Shown: one piece after another, positions 52,701-64,000 of the stretch | Position numbering within the stretch: position 1 is the stretch's first letter | How the letters are laid out: the number at the start of each line of letters is the position of its first letter | Assembly: GCA_000002445.1 (NCBI GenBank) | Contig: CM000208.1 | Span: forward strand, 2,272,001 to 2,336,000 | Direction: 5' to 3' | DNA: 64,000 bases | Origin: Trypanosoma brucei | Taxonomy: Eukaryota | Notes under the pieces: model-generated | What the model was told of the DNA's origin: nothing | Databases searched by the model: none | The model's input: the letters and a program-made list of their open reading frames with translations, nothing else | Position numbers and translations under genes: made by a program

Positions 52701-53029
52701 TTGAAGCAATATACTTGGACTATAACCCAATCGGTGAAATTGGGGGGGAAGCACTGTACAATGTGTTAAAGGTTAACCACCAGATCCATACGCTTTTGCT
52801 TGAGGGAACAAATGTACCTGAGGAAATTTGGGAGGAAATATTAAGTCTGCTGCGCGTTAATGAGACAGCAAATCACGAAAGAATCGACATGAGGGCTATT
52901 CGTCTTGAAGAAGTAAATGATGAGACTCAGTTTCGCAGTACTGATTACGCGATATCGCAAGAACAAAAAGTTGGGATTGACGCTTTTAAGGCTTACGAAA
53001 GTTCGGTTCGGGCTCTTGTGAAAGAGTAG
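49781..53029 (+). CDS. ribonuclease-inhibitor-like leucine-rich-repeat protein (1082 aa)
   Basis: There are dozens of 28-29-residue RI-type LRRs (e.g. LNLESNSITDRGAQRLAHALRTNASLQHLNLSNNSITDVGAGDF). ATG at 49781. Confidence 0.8.
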   Translation: MEKTQPFNDLICQVARVGVTNVQWCGEKMNDSQLDTLISAMELSPVRIENINLSKNEITSAGASLLCTYIKKNSNIKEVYLNENLIDDAGAREFISIFNNQVHPTIFDVSGNQCSSAVVNNLALLAKQDQHSKEIHQSLLAGEAEELDISGMNINKIDPRLLTFFILDTHALRSLIVSGCAAGDAGATLIGDLLKNSAVSHVDLSDNDISDAGVSQFIERADLLHHPTITSISFSKNIRISNYGMQQMSKTLFNTNDVITSFDVSDTSVTSSVRSTIAHECELNKEPSCLKRAVAAIRTNDPSCTSVNLQWERLTQTAARFVAPVLKLNTIMLELNLGNTSAGDKGAELLAAALQQNKTLRILGLANNNITSRGAKVLFQRLHQQGVLEELNLANNRIDDEAETSILNTLQLNPTIKVLNLVNNLLSGDCMSEIDELILLNQAPKTVQTIVSDIENRPASVTKVALSGKTGEEYCNDTSVRILCNALVLNKVVTTVDLSKNVVGDIGVTYLCEMLMTNSTIVELNLESNSITDRGAQRLAHALRTNASLQHLNLSNNSITDVGAGDFVDTLRFNYALTSILFEKTTVTSDLRTKIAEAADMNKEPRGFKDVMYMLRDGSIKTPKLDLARKNCPRPITDESVNTLCVQLRGISVVRELILSGNSVGTEGCKSIGKLLAHEGSGICHIDLSLNPVDDEGLGELAKGLLSKNCVLQILNLRGTEVTSTGIINLTNTVKANATLREVIVPERVSADVFCRMNQELMVNAQPKSLKPLLTSINENEVIPLLVFKDPVLPFTDAACHLLCAAIVNNEHITSVDMSNNKLTSDSVPFIAEALSSCPKITSVNLSHNEIDETGGYELVKCLAENDYVTTLSLEGNPIPEEVIFKLNELLHLNRGSIDLKKILLKHRKGRLADKTINLNSKGKQYKLNDEDVRLLCEVMVECGSIRAVDLGMNMITDVGCEMIADALLQAPRIEAIYLDYNPIGEIGGEALYNVLKVNHQIHTLLLEGTNVPEEIWEEILSLLRVNETANHERIDMRAIRLEEVNDETQFRSTDYAISQEQKVGIDAFKAYESSVRALVKE

Positions 53030-54949
53030 CGTGAGCACGAACAGAAAACCCTTTCCTGATGTTTTCTAGAACACGAGTAGAAAGCAACCGAGCATATTTT
53101 GGAGAAAAATAAAACAGCGACAAGAAGGTATGTAAAAACAATAGCATGTATATCTCAATGAAAGGTAGTAAAAGCTGCTGCAAGCATTCAGAGGAAATGC
53201 AGAATTATGTACTGTTTTTTTTTTTTGAAATCAGAGTTCTACTCATTACAACTTACTCACACCTAGACCAATAATATGTCCTTGTGTACCGTGCAAACTA
53301 CAAAAAGTGAGAATGATCCCAAGTTAAATACCCTTTTGCCGCTTCAACGTATTGCTATTTTTCTTCATTTCTAATTTTCTGATACTTAGTTGAAAGCCGC
53401 GCACATGCTGCGGCCAAGGCACATTATTACCTCCACATATCCTCCTTGCCGTATCACTTCTGCGTTGAGTTGTTGTTGTCGTGTGTTTTCCCGATGAACC
53501 GGCCGCTGGTTTGTAAGCCACTTCTTCGTGTACAAAAGCTGAGTCTTGGGGCACGTGCAGATGTTTGGTGGTGCTGTATTTTGGTTTGTTTATGCCGGTT
53601 GCATCAAAAAGTTCCGTGAGAGATTGATAGTTCCTTGTTTAGTCGTTAAGACGGAAACTTGCCGTCCTTATTTTTTCGAATTGGTGTGTGTTCCAAGATA
53701 TAATCAGAGTAGTGCGCAGAATGAGCTGCAGCTCTTCATAGGCTACACGAGATACTCTTTGATTTTGTCACAAGGAGGTCACCCAGACGTACAAGGGATG
53801 AACTGTGCCCGAATCAATCGCTTCAACTCTGAGGCCGCAAATGAAGAAGGTTTTGTTGATGTTCTTGTGCACGAGGGGGTAAACCGCAAAACTTCTTCGA
53901 CAATATCATTCCCAAGGTATGCTGCACCTCCAAAAGAGACAGTCAGTAAGAGAAAAGTGCGGGGTTAGTGGGGTTGCGGGGTGTACTATGGTGCATATAC
54001 CTTTTTGATACTTGTATTTGTGTATCAAACTGAAAAGGATTCGGAATCAACTCGGCAAATGTTACTCGCTAATTTCCCTTTTGGTCTGCACGGCGACACT
54101 TGTTATGCCCACCGCGGCACGGTGCGGTCACTTGTGCTGTCGTTTTTTGAGTAATGGGTTTGTAGTTTACACCGAGCAATTTGCCCAACTGGTTGCAAAG
54201 TCTTTGTTCTTTTTTGGGGGCTTTTGCGGTTGGATTTCGCTGTTGTGGCTAGTGTCATGGTGTGACCAAACGGTGTGCCGTCCTTCGTTACCATTCACGC
54301 TGGTTGCTCCTTGGAGGCTATGAAAACTTCGGGTGCACTGGCTTTGCTGCCCCGCCTCGCACTTTTTGTTTGCACTCGCTGAGTGGTCGAACCGTATGTT
54401 ACGTGGAGGGCATGTTGCAGTTTTCGCCTGCGTTGTGGGTTCTTGATATGAAGATAGCAGTGTAGGGCGTTGAATTGGCGGGACATTTGGTTGCGACCGT
54501 GATGGTCGCTGGTTCAGTGTGCGAATGCAAGAATGGCAGTAGTTTAGTGTAAATGGCCGCCGTTTTTGTTTTTCCAGCGCAGTATGTGGTACCGTGAGTA
54601 GCGCAAAGCGAAAAAGTGTCTTCCCTTTCACTCGACACATCGTGAACGCCGTACGTCACATATGAATGGTAGTCGGAAGCAAACGACCCGTAGTACAAAG
54701 GCGTTGTTTGCGTTTCAACACCTTCTATAAGGATGTGGCTGCATGGATATGCTCTTTTCCCGCTACCCCCACAGGGACAAAGCGGAAGGTGCATGTAGTC
54801 GTTGTAACTCAGCAACTGCATCTCCGTATGCAGCCTCTGCTTTTCTTTTCTATTTTGTTTGCACCTCTCTACTGATATGGTTGCAGTTGGTTTGCATGCT
54901 CTTGGGCTGCGTGTAACGGTTTTCTCGTAGCGAAGGTGTACTGTTATTT

Positions 54950-56251
54950 ATGTCGTCGTCGCGGGCCCACCAACCCTTGTTCGTCCTGAAGCAGCATTGT
55001 AGTGCTGTTTCGACCTGCGCTCTGGACGGCCAGGGGGTGTTTGCCAACTTTTTGCTTAGTGGCGACGTCGACGGAATAGTTAGGTTGTGGGATTTGGAGC
55101 TGCGTGAGGCTCTGTTTTCGTTTCATCCGGTCCAAACCGTGAGAGGGAGCACGAAGATGGTAACGGAGGGGTCATTTTCTTCTTCGGCTGGGGATGGCGT
55201 GCTGCAGGTCGGGTTCCTTTCCTTTACAGAAGCGGTCGCTGACAGTGCAGAGACTACGGAGGTTTGGTTTTACACACAATGTCGAAATCAACAACTTTAT
55301 GTGTGGAAAATTCGCTTATGCGATTTTGATAGTGGATTTGGTGGTGAGGAATGCGGCTTGGAGACTGAGAAGTTTGTGGAGCTACTGCATACAATTGATG
55401 TACCGCAGCACGGGTTCTGCCCGGTGCCTTCTGTCTGTTCCTCCCCAACTAAGTTTCTACTCGCAGTTCCGCATGACAGCAATGGAATTGTTAGCCTATG
55501 GGATGTCTGTTTGATTTCTCGAACACCCCTGTCTTGTGAAGGGTTAAAAGTTAATTGTTCGCGGTCTTTCTCTGCTGCCGGTACCCTGGCGAAATGTGGT
55601 ACAATAATGTGTATTAGTTTTCGAGATTCGACCCACATCGCAGTTGCGTTTGAGAGCGGGAACGTTTCACTCAACAGTACGTGCGGCCTGCAGCTGGCGA
55701 TAATTCGTGCTTTTGCGGAAACAGCAGTTGCGTGTGTGTGGTCCGGTGCTGCGCTTCTCGTAACATCGGCTGAGGGCCGTCTTCAGTGCTATACAGTAGT
55801 CGAAAGCACTGCGGAGACTCGAGACGACGCTGGGAGTGCTACTGTTACGAATATCTCTCTCGTTTTGAGGTGGGAAGTCACCCTCTCAAAGGGTTTAGGG
55901 TGTGTGGCATTGCAGCGCCATCTAGTGGTCGTTGGCTCCTGGGATCACACACTGCGTCTGTTTGATGAAGGTTCGGGCCGGGTTATTTCCATTTTAACCT
56001 TTCACAATTCTACTGTTAACAGTGTTGCAATGCCACCAGATAATGTAGCGGGCTGCGCATTGTTTGGATATGACGTGCGGCGCCCCCGTTGGTGTGATGG
56101 TGGCACCGTTTCTTGCAGTGGCAAGCAAAGTACAAACGATCAAAAGGATAAAGACGTGTACCTTTTCGCATCCGCGGGTGGAGACTATGCTGTCGCTGTG
56201 TGGCGCGTGGACTTCAAAACACTTACCGCTCTTTCGCGTGACACGCTATAA
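54950..56251 (+). CDS. WD40-repeat protein (433 aa)
   Basis: WD-like blocks are present: GDVDGIVRLWDL, SNGIVSLWDV, VVGSWDHTLRLFD and GGDYAVAVWRV. ATG at 54950. Confidence 0.7.
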   Translation: MSSSRAHQPLFVLKQHCSAVSTCALDGQGVFANFLLSGDVDGIVRLWDLELREALFSFHPVQTVRGSTKMVTEGSFSSSAGDGVLQVGFLSFTEAVADSAETTEVWFYTQCRNQQLYVWKIRLCDFDSGFGGEECGLETEKFVELLHTIDVPQHGFCPVPSVCSSPTKFLLAVPHDSNGIVSLWDVCLISRTPLSCEGLKVNCSRSFSAAGTLAKCGTIMCISFRDSTHIAVAFESGNVSLNSTCGLQLAIIRAFAETAVACVWSGAALLVTSAEGRLQCYTVVESTAETRDDAGSATVTNISLVLRWEVTLSKGLGCVALQRHLVVVGSWDHTLRLFDEGSGRVISILTFHNSTVNSVAMPPDNVAGCALFGYDVRRPRWCDGGTVSCSGKQSTNDQKDKDVYLFASAGGDYAVAVWRVDFKTLTALSRDTL

Positions 56252-56630
56252 AGATGTACTTCGTTTCCCCCTGGGCTTGTTTGTGTTTCTACCGCGCCAT
56301 GAAGGTGTGGTGGTGGTATACAGCGCCGTAAGGTTTTAGTGCGCGCTTCAGTTACAGTTGGCCTCCGGCGTGAGAGGTCACGCCCGGAACTTTGTGGTTT
56401 GCTTTTGATGGCCGGTAGCGGCGCATAGAGAGGTTTGTGTTATGTCGTTCTCTTTCCTTTCCTTTCTTTTTTTTGGGGGGGGGGCTCTGGTTTGGTGAAC
56501 AGACGCTATTTCAGCGGCGTATTTCAAAATATCAACGGTTACGGGGTGCATCTATTGAGCCAGTCGTAGAACAAAAGAAAACAGCACTAATAAGGCGGAA
56601 TAAGTGACGGCAACTCGTGGCTTACTTCCC

Positions 56631-58247
56631 ATGCTAGGTGACCGCTACGCCGTACTTAAGGCACTGGGAAAGGGCACCTATGGGCAAGTTTTACTCTGTC
56701 ACGACACAAAAACTGGGGCGCAAGTAGCCATCAAGGTTGCACGGGGTGACCCCGCGTACCGCCGCGCAGCTATGAATGAAATTGGAGTGCTGCGGGCCCT
56801 GGTAAACAACGGAGATACGTTGAACATGCTAGGATACTTTGAGCATCGTAAGTGTCTTTGTATTGTGACTGAGGTTCTCCAAATGAGCCTGTTGGACATT
56901 CTACAAGGGAGGGGATACCGTCCTTTGCCGTTGCGTGACGTGCACGTCATTGCAGGGCGTGTTCTTCGGGCGCTTGCAGCGCTCCATGATATTGGATACA
57001 TGCACTGCGACGTTAAGCCGGAAAATGTCATGCTTCGTCCTCCCACTGTGCACCACGACACAGAACAAGATTTCAAAGGAACCTGTCTTATTGATTTTGG
57101 AGCGGTGCGTCAGTTTCGTGATAACAGATACTACGACATCCAGTCACTTTGGTATCGTGCGCCCGAGGTTATGCTATGTGTTCCCTACACACATCGTATT
57201 GACTCATGGAGTGTAGGGTGTCTACTGTATGAGCTTTACACGGGAGAGCCGCTCTTTTATGGGGCGAACCCACAAGATTTACTGAGCCTGATATCCCACA
57301 CTGTTGGATTGCCGCGGCAAGAGAGGTCGATGTGCGGTGCGGATTATCCTGCTCAGAGTGTTGTGTGGAGGGGAAATGCGGTGGATGCGGAAACAAATAT
57401 ACGCCACCTCGTTCTCAAGCTACGTAGCAAAACTGCGGAAAACTGTAAGTCAGGTCAGCTACTAGCGGAGGAGGAAGCTTTTGTGAACTTGATTTCGAGG
57501 CTCCTTGAACCAGATGAGAGAAGAAGGTTATCTTGTTCTGACGCCCTAAGTCATCCCTTTTTTACGCAGCATTGTGTACATGGGGGTCACATCGAGCCTA
57601 CCGTATTTCGGGCGGGTAGCGATGAAGAAAGCAGCGTATGTGGATCGTCTCCCTCCGCTGACTTCGTTTCATCATCATGCAACGCAGCGTCTTCCGGTGT
57701 CAGTGTTGCTCGATGGGAGAAGCGACCTGGATTTGCCGCTCAGTCGCAGCGCCGACAGCAGCTTTCCTTTCCTCCAAGCGACTGTACTAGAATACCTCTT
57801 GTTGGGGTTGTTGGCCATCCTACTGGGGTCGTGATAACTTCTTCGCAACCGTCACTGGCCTCCAGCATACCCGGTTCGCCTTTACACCTGCTTCTTCCAC
57901 CTGTTGCGTACCCCAACACGGTAACCGCCCTCCATTCGGCACCTGCTCAAGTTCATCAACAGGTTCATGTACCACCGCTATTTGTAGGGGCGAGGACATG
58001 CACGGGGGCTCCCGCACCCCCGAACTACCCCAACAATGCAGCGGCTAGCGCTGGACGGAGTGGCATTGGCGCGCGCTTTGGAAATGATAGCCGCAACCGT
58101 GACAACAGAATGATGGCGGCTGACCCACCTGGACCTGCTTCATTACAAATGGTACGTGTCGCGCCGTGTGCTGCAGTTTCGTCAATGTACAAGGTTCTTG
58201 TGGGAAACCCCATGGGACCGGTGCTTTACGCCTCCTCAAAAGCCTGA
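56631..58247 (+). CDS. serine/threonine protein kinase, CMGC group (DYRK-like), with a Pro/Ser/Ala-rich C-terminal tail
   Basis: The kinase motifs are present: glycine loop LGKGTYGQV, VAIK, HCDVKPENVML, DFG, and YYDIQSLWYRAPEV (activation-loop Tyr, CMGC arginine). The ORF-track start is GTG at 56604; the first ATG at 56631 is immediately before the G-loop. Confidence 0.8.
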   Translation: MLGDRYAVLKALGKGTYGQVLLCHDTKTGAQVAIKVARGDPAYRRAAMNEIGVLRALVNNGDTLNMLGYFEHRKCLCIVTEVLQMSLLDILQGRGYRPLPLRDVHVIAGRVLRALAALHDIGYMHCDVKPENVMLRPPTVHHDTEQDFKGTCLIDFGAVRQFRDNRYYDIQSLWYRAPEVMLCVPYTHRIDSWSVGCLLYELYTGEPLFYGANPQDLLSLISHTVGLPRQERSMCGADYPAQSVVWRGNAVDAETNIRHLVLKLRSKTAENCKSGQLLAEEEAFVNLISRLLEPDERRRLSCSDALSHPFFTQHCVHGGHIEPTVFRAGSDEESSVCGSSPSADFVSSSCNAASSGVSVARWEKRPGFAAQSQRRQQLSFPPSDCTRIPLVGVVGHPTGVVITSSQPSLASSIPGSPLHLLLPPVAYPNTVTALHSAPAQVHQQVHVPPLFVGARTCTGAPAPPNYPNNAAASAGRSGIGARFGNDSRNRDNRMMAADPPGPASLQMVRVAPCAAVSSMYKVLVGNPMGPVLYASSKA

Positions 58248-61200
58248 GATGAAAGGGGAAAGGGGTCAGTTGATGCTACTTTCTTTTTTCTTTTGTCTTT
58301 GTAAACTCTCTTTTTCACTTTCCCCATCATTTTCTTTCTTTTCTTTCTCTTTACTACCTCTCCATACGCCCGTACAGAGGCATATGTTTGTTTCTTTGCG
58401 TTTGATCGCGTTCCTCCATTTCTCTTCCCATCCCACTCCATTATCGAACGTGGACGGGTGAGATGACCGCCGAATTTTCGTGTAGGTGGGGATGGTTGAC
58501 GAATACCACTTGAGGATATCTTAAGAGACAATTTTTTTTTTTTTTTTGGGGGGGGGAGGGTTTGCTGTTGTAACCGCGTGAAGGGGGAGAGGTGACATTT
58601 TTTTTTTCTTTTACAGTATGTTTAATCGTAAGTGCACACATCGGAAGGAGTGCTGTCGTACTAATATATATGTGTGAGCTGGTAATAACAAGAAATATGG
58701 AAGCTTCTGAGCAAAACGGCTGGCTACTTCCTTCCCTTTCTGCTCCATGTTTTGTTTCACCAGGTTGAGAAGCTGATTTCACCGAGTTTCTACTGCCGAT
58801 TATGGTTCTTGGCTGCATTTCATTTTTTACTTTATTTGCTCTACTTCATTTATGCGGCACCGAATGGGTGGTCACTTAGCTGGTGTGGCACCACTTTTTT
58901 TTATTGTTATTATTAAAGAGAAGGGAGAAAGAGAGAGAGGTGAGGAGAGACAGTAAATAATTAAGTAAAAGAACTAAAATGTAACAAGAGTAAAGGGGAA
59001 AACATTTTCTTCTTCCTCTCGTTTCTCCCCCAACCAACCAACCAACCGGCCAACTAAGGGCGCATTTCTCTATCTTTCGCAGTGAGGGTGGGATTAAAAG
59101 GTGTGTGTGTCTGTGTATGGTGGGGGGGGGAGAGCGGAAGGGTTTCAGGGTTACGGTTTTGTTTTTTTGTTGGTGTTGTTGTTTTATTTCACTAAAATTA
59201 ATTGTTATCTATTGCGTTGTTAGTTTTTTCTTCATGTTAGAACACAGATTATCCCGCACGCACACTCACGATGCAGGACGAAAGGGAAACAAGAGGGGAC
59301 CGTGTGCGTCTATGTAGAGGAAAGCATATGATTTCAGTGTACAGTTTCCATCCTTCTTACCACAGGCAAAAACACATGTGGATGAAAATTTCCCTCAGAG
59401 GAGAAGTTCAAGCTGAGCATCTTATTGTTTTCCTTTCGTACTGCATGTATGTGATACTGTGCTTACACTTTGTTCGCGCAACATTGCCCCCTTTCCGCTC
59501 CCTTTCTCCCCTTCCAGTTCGGTCCCACCACATGCTGCATATCTTTTTACCTTGCCGTACGCGTATGTGGTGGTGGCTGTGTGGGAAAGAAGAAGAAGGC
59601 GTCGCGGTAGGGCGTGTTATGTATATATATATATATATATATAACAAATATGCTACGCGTGCAGAAATTATTCCCTGCACATTTTGGTTTTGCTCGTTTG
59701 GTTCATTTTTTTGTTTTTACCTTTGCTCCTTGACTAGGCATAACACAGCACGACTTGCATTTAAATAGTTCCGTTTAGACACCCCTTTATATATTTACTT
59801 ACGGTGGGAATGAAAGAAGGAAGGACAGAAGGGAAGGAAAAGCGAAGAATTAAGTGATTGTAGCCCGGGGTGTATATTCATGCCCGTCAGTTTCTCTATT
59901 CCCCTCACTTTTTTTTTGGTTTTACAGAATTTTAAAAAGATGAAGTAAACAATGATCATTATTATTAACAGAAAGAAAAGTCAGGGAATTGTTCGATTTT
60001 TCTTTTGTCCCTGCTTCTGCTACTGTTGTTTCTGAAGCCATTTTGGTTTACTCCAGAGCACTCTACGTGAAGTATGGGTGACGGAACACAGGGAGAGGAG
60101 GTATGGGAGAAGAAGGCATAAAGAAAGAGAGAGAAAAAGGTAAAGCCGAGTGATGAGAAAGTAAGTAAGAGAAGAGAAAAATAAAGGGAAAAATAACATG
60201 ATAAACGTTGCGAGTAATGTGTTTGTGTGAGGAGGAGAAATATGGATGAATGCTACGTGTGTGTGTGTAGGGGAGGAAGGGAATAATAAGGCAAAGAAAA
60301 TAGTTATAAAAAGGAGTTGATGAGCCTGTCGTTGTCTCACACCGCCAACTCGAGTGACAAAAAAAAACGACAGTAATGGTTAGGCAAGGCGGCAACAATA
60401 AGGCCAATCTTTGTTGTTATCGTTGCCTTGTTCGCGCTATGTCCTCTTCTTTATTACCGTACACTATTTAGACCCTCGTTTATTACCCCTCATTGATTTA
60501 CATCGGTGCCCAATAAACGTACTGCCTTTTCCATTGCTGTACAAATCTTTTTTGTCCTTTTTTAGTGATTTTTTGTTTTTGTTTCTCCCCCTTCTATGGC
60601 TGTTTTTCCCCTTCTAGGGTTCACTTTTTTTCACATTCGTGTGGAATGCGGAGTAGTGGCAAGTGACGTATAGAAGAGAGGAAAGGGGAAAAAGAGGCGT
60701 AACACGGAAGCGAAACTCGTGTGTGTAGGGGGAGGGGGATGAGGAGAAAGGGAATCTGTCAGCTGATTTTTTTTTTCATAAATGAATTGTTCGCTTGCTG
60801 TTTTTGTTTGTCTGGTATATATGTGTTTATATATTTATGTATTTACGTATATGTGTGTGAAAACGAAGTAAAATGGTGGGTGGACAATGAGGGCGGCCGT
60901 GGGGGTTACCCAGAGGTCCTGATTGGTGGTGTGGTGCATCAATAAAAGATGGGGATGGGCGGCTGTAAGTCCGTTTCTTTTTTTTTTCCAAAAGAAAAGG
61001 AAAGGGGAAAGCGGGACGCTACGCACCATGCAAAGTGCAACAAACGCCCCTTGTCGCCGTAGCCTTATATCCATTCCCCTGATACTATAGAAAGCGGTGT
61101 AATATATATATATATATATATATGAACATGTTGCTGGTGTGAAGATCCATTCCCCTCCCGCTTACATACATCTGCATGTTTTTGCGTACGTGGTTGAATC

Positions 61201-62231
61201 CTTCTACGCTGCAGAATATTCAACTCCCACATTTGTCGGTAGTTGTTACGGCATTTTTTTTTTAAAAAAAAGGATTTGTGACTGCAGTGTGATTTTGTGT
61301 TCAACGGTTAACACATTATTGTTATTGCTATCACCGTCTATATATACAAGTTTTTTTTTGTGTGTGTGTATGTGTGCCGCTTATAGTAGTAAATTCTTTT
61401 ACCTTTTCTATTTATTTTCCAGACCCTTTCACATTTCTATTTCTGCATTTTCTTATTAAGAACAAAATAAAATTACTTTGGTGCTTGCTTTACATTCTTT
61501 TTTCTTTTTGTGGTGCTACATTTTGCCTTTGCGTGCGTGATTCTGTAAGGTAATTTCCAGAAATGGTCGGGGTTAAATTGAGCGAACTCGATCCCGAGGA
61601 AGACGGAGGTGAGGTGTTTTTTTTTTTTTTAATCGCAGACTTCATCTTTTGTGTGATGCTTTTGTTGTAGCCATGAAATGACGTCCCACATTACCATTCT
61701 TTTTTGTTTTCACATGATCGGTAGAAGAGGAGAAATCGTTCTTTTTTTTTCCTCTTTTTCACTAAACAGTTTAATTCGGTGGAGGACGAGAGGGTCATAT
61801 ATGTCTTTGTGTATGCGTGTTTTTTTTTTTGTTTCGGAAGGAAGCAAAATCAAAGTAATAAGAGGATAGAAACTTTTCATAGGCAAACAAAGGAATAATA
61901 ATAATAATAATGATAGTAAGAAGGTGAAGGAGCAAAGGGATGCCTTCACCTTCGTTTGTTTGCCGATTTTTCAGTATTCACTCATTCGTTCACTCATTCT
62001 TTTCTTTTTTTTTCTTTTTCGTACCCACACGCCGTTGTCTTTTGCACTGCCATCGTCATCCCTCCGGTGCCTTATTTTTATATTTTTGGCACGCTTCTCC
62101 TAATTGCCCGCTGGTCCATAACCCGTGTTCAACGCTTTATACTTTCAACTGACCTGTTGTTTGTTCTTTTTGTGTGTCATTTGGTTTTGTTTTACTTCTC
62201 TTTTTGTTTTTTTTCTTTTTCTTTGTTTTTT

Positions 62232-62266
<35 letters not shown>

Positions 62267-64000
62267 GAGCGGTAGCGTGGCCACGCGCGGATATGTTGCA
62301 CGGTTCGGTTGGAAATGAGCAGCTGTAATCACTCTGAGAGGTGTTTATTTTTAAAAGGTTCCGGTAAAGTGCGGGCGCCACATAAATGTGGACACTTTGC
62401 GTGGTGCATGTAATTTCTACGTTCCATAAGGGAGACAGGAGAACATGAGCAACGGCTGTGAAGACAGAAGGGAAATCAATAAGCAACAACAGTAGCAACT
62501 AAAAAGAAAGAAGAAAAAAGAAAAGAAAACAGTAGCAATAGAAAAAACAGTAATCCAACTGTGCAAACATTTGTGTGCACTACATTTTTTTTTTTTTGCA
62601 CACCTCGTTTTTTTTTTCTTTCGCGTCTCTTCTTCCATCTTTTTAGCGAATTTTTATTTTTGTTTGGTGAGGAGGGGGAGGGTGAAGTGGACGGGTTCAT
62701 ATGAAGTGGGTAGCAGGGGATGACATGAAGGATGTGGTATTTTTTTTTATATTTTTCATCTTTTCAGTTTAACCACACTTCTGTTTTACTTCTTTGCCTC
62801 CCCCGTTCCTCCCCTTCTTTTACCTTTTCATTTTTTTTAAAGTCTTAAAAAAAATAATCTTTCACTCGCGTGTAGAAGGGTACTGGCGCTTTTTTCTTTA
62901 TTATTGTGAGGGAAATTTTTGTTCTCTTTTCGTTATTTTCCCCTGTTTTTTTTTGTTTCTTTTTGTATCATTTAGATATACTTTTTCAGTGAGTGGTGCC
63001 CCTCTTGTCCTTTTTTTTAAAAAAATTTTGGCCTGCCGACGCACCCCTAAAAAATGTGCTGAATTTCTCCCTTTTTCACTTGAAGACGCACTTCAAAAGG
63101 GGGGAAAAGAAGTGACGGCACTTCGCCAGAGAGTCTCATCACTGAGTTGTGTGTCTATGTATATATTTATCTATTTATTTTCTGCTTGTTTATTAAATAA
63201 ATGAATAAATAAATAAATAAATATATATATATATATTGCGTGTGTTTGTGTGTGTGTGTGTGTGCGTCTACATTTCCTTTCCCTTTTCTCTCTGTATTTA
63301 CTGGTAACATTTCTCGTGCTTATTGCCGAGTTTCAGCCGACGATGCGGCTGCCGCATCCGAGCAATTCAACGTGGTATTGCCGCGTTCCCTTCTTTTTTT
63401 TTTTCCTTTTACCTTTTTTACTCCTTTCCATTTTTTCTTCCTTTTGCAAATTCATCTACGGGGGTTGCGATCCCTTATTTTTGTTCCTCTTCCTTCATTT
63501 TCTCTATTCTTTCCTCTCCGTTATGCTTTTCTTTTTCTTTTTTTTTTCGGTGGCCGCCAGTAGTACCCTTTCGTTTGATTGCCGTAACATTTGTACCGCA
63601 TCGCCCCTACAGTTCCCCGTTTTCTCCTTCACTTTTTTTCTTTTTTCTTTTTTTTTTTTGTTACCCCTCGTGTAACTGCGGGAACTGCTGCTGCATTCCG
63701 TAGTTCACATGTGTTTGGCTCATTTGTTGGCGGGAGCGGCGGCGATGTAACGGCTATCAGTGGGCGTGTGCGTGTGTTGTGTGATTGCGGGGAAAATATT
63801 TGGCTTCGCACATGCGGGGAAGAAATTATTTGACCCGTTATTACTTTAATACCGTCAAGTTGGTAATGGATGTGCAATCGAAGGGAATGAATGCTGATTG
63901 TGAGGGTGCGTGGGATGTGTGTGTGTGTTTTTTTTTTAATTATTGTTGTTGTTTATTTATTTATTTTTCCGAGCATATGTGCCTTTGTTGTATTTCATAC

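Noticed and set aside
1-64000. Search for tRNA, rRNA, spliced-leader RNA, 5S or 7SL genes
   Set aside because: I found no GGTTCGAATCC-type T-loop/acceptor motifs, no SL exon sequence (..CTGTACTATATTG) and no rRNA-like conserved blocks. Small RNAs such as snoRNAs cannot be excluded by eye.

Overview
The window looks like a trypanosomatid (Trypanosoma brucei-like) core chromosome segment. Every supportable CDS is on the + strand, consistent with one polycistronic transcription unit. There are no introns. Genes are separated by AT-rich or low-complexity spacers carrying poly-pyrimidine tracts followed by AG (trans-splice acceptor signals) and many microsatellites ((GT)n, (TA)n, (AAAT)n, poly-T). 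The supplied ORF track uses alternative starts (GTG/TTG), so I moved starts to the first in-frame ATG where needed. Housekeeping genes recognised from motifs, 5' to 3': a 5'-truncated PSP1-C-domain protein, a hypothetical 856-aa protein, an L-2-hydroxyglutarate dehydrogenase-like FAD oxidoreductase, a hypothetical membrane/secreted protein, a SEP+UBX (p47-like) protein, a TylF-like O-methyltransferase, a KH/STAR (SF1-like) protein, selenophosphate synthetase, a BCS1-like AAA ATPase, PRPP synthetase and a type-II NADH dehydrogenase. After a gap come an MDR-family oxidoreductase, an RNI-like leucine-rich-repeat protein, a WD40 protein and a CMGC/DYRK-like kinase. The SF1/SPS2/NDH2 neighbourhood matches my unverified recollection of T. 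brucei chromosome 10. The unusual part is a roughly 26-kb gene-poor island (about 22.4-48.4 kb). At its centre (31.1-36.6 kb) is a head-to-tail array of one truncated plus four complete paralogues encoding type-II-membrane proteins with a PLOD/LH3-N-terminal-like GT-A glycosyltransferase domain. Two copies are near-identical, and their differences are clustered in a few short patches that are also the most divergent positions in the other two copies. The array is flanked by long stretches without convincing ORFs, by two small ORFs with signal peptides (one Cys-rich with a C-terminal hydrophobic tail), and by a 7-8 kb GC-richer tract full of short overlapping ORFs on both strands. I found no tRNA, rRNA, SL-RNA or CRISPR features.
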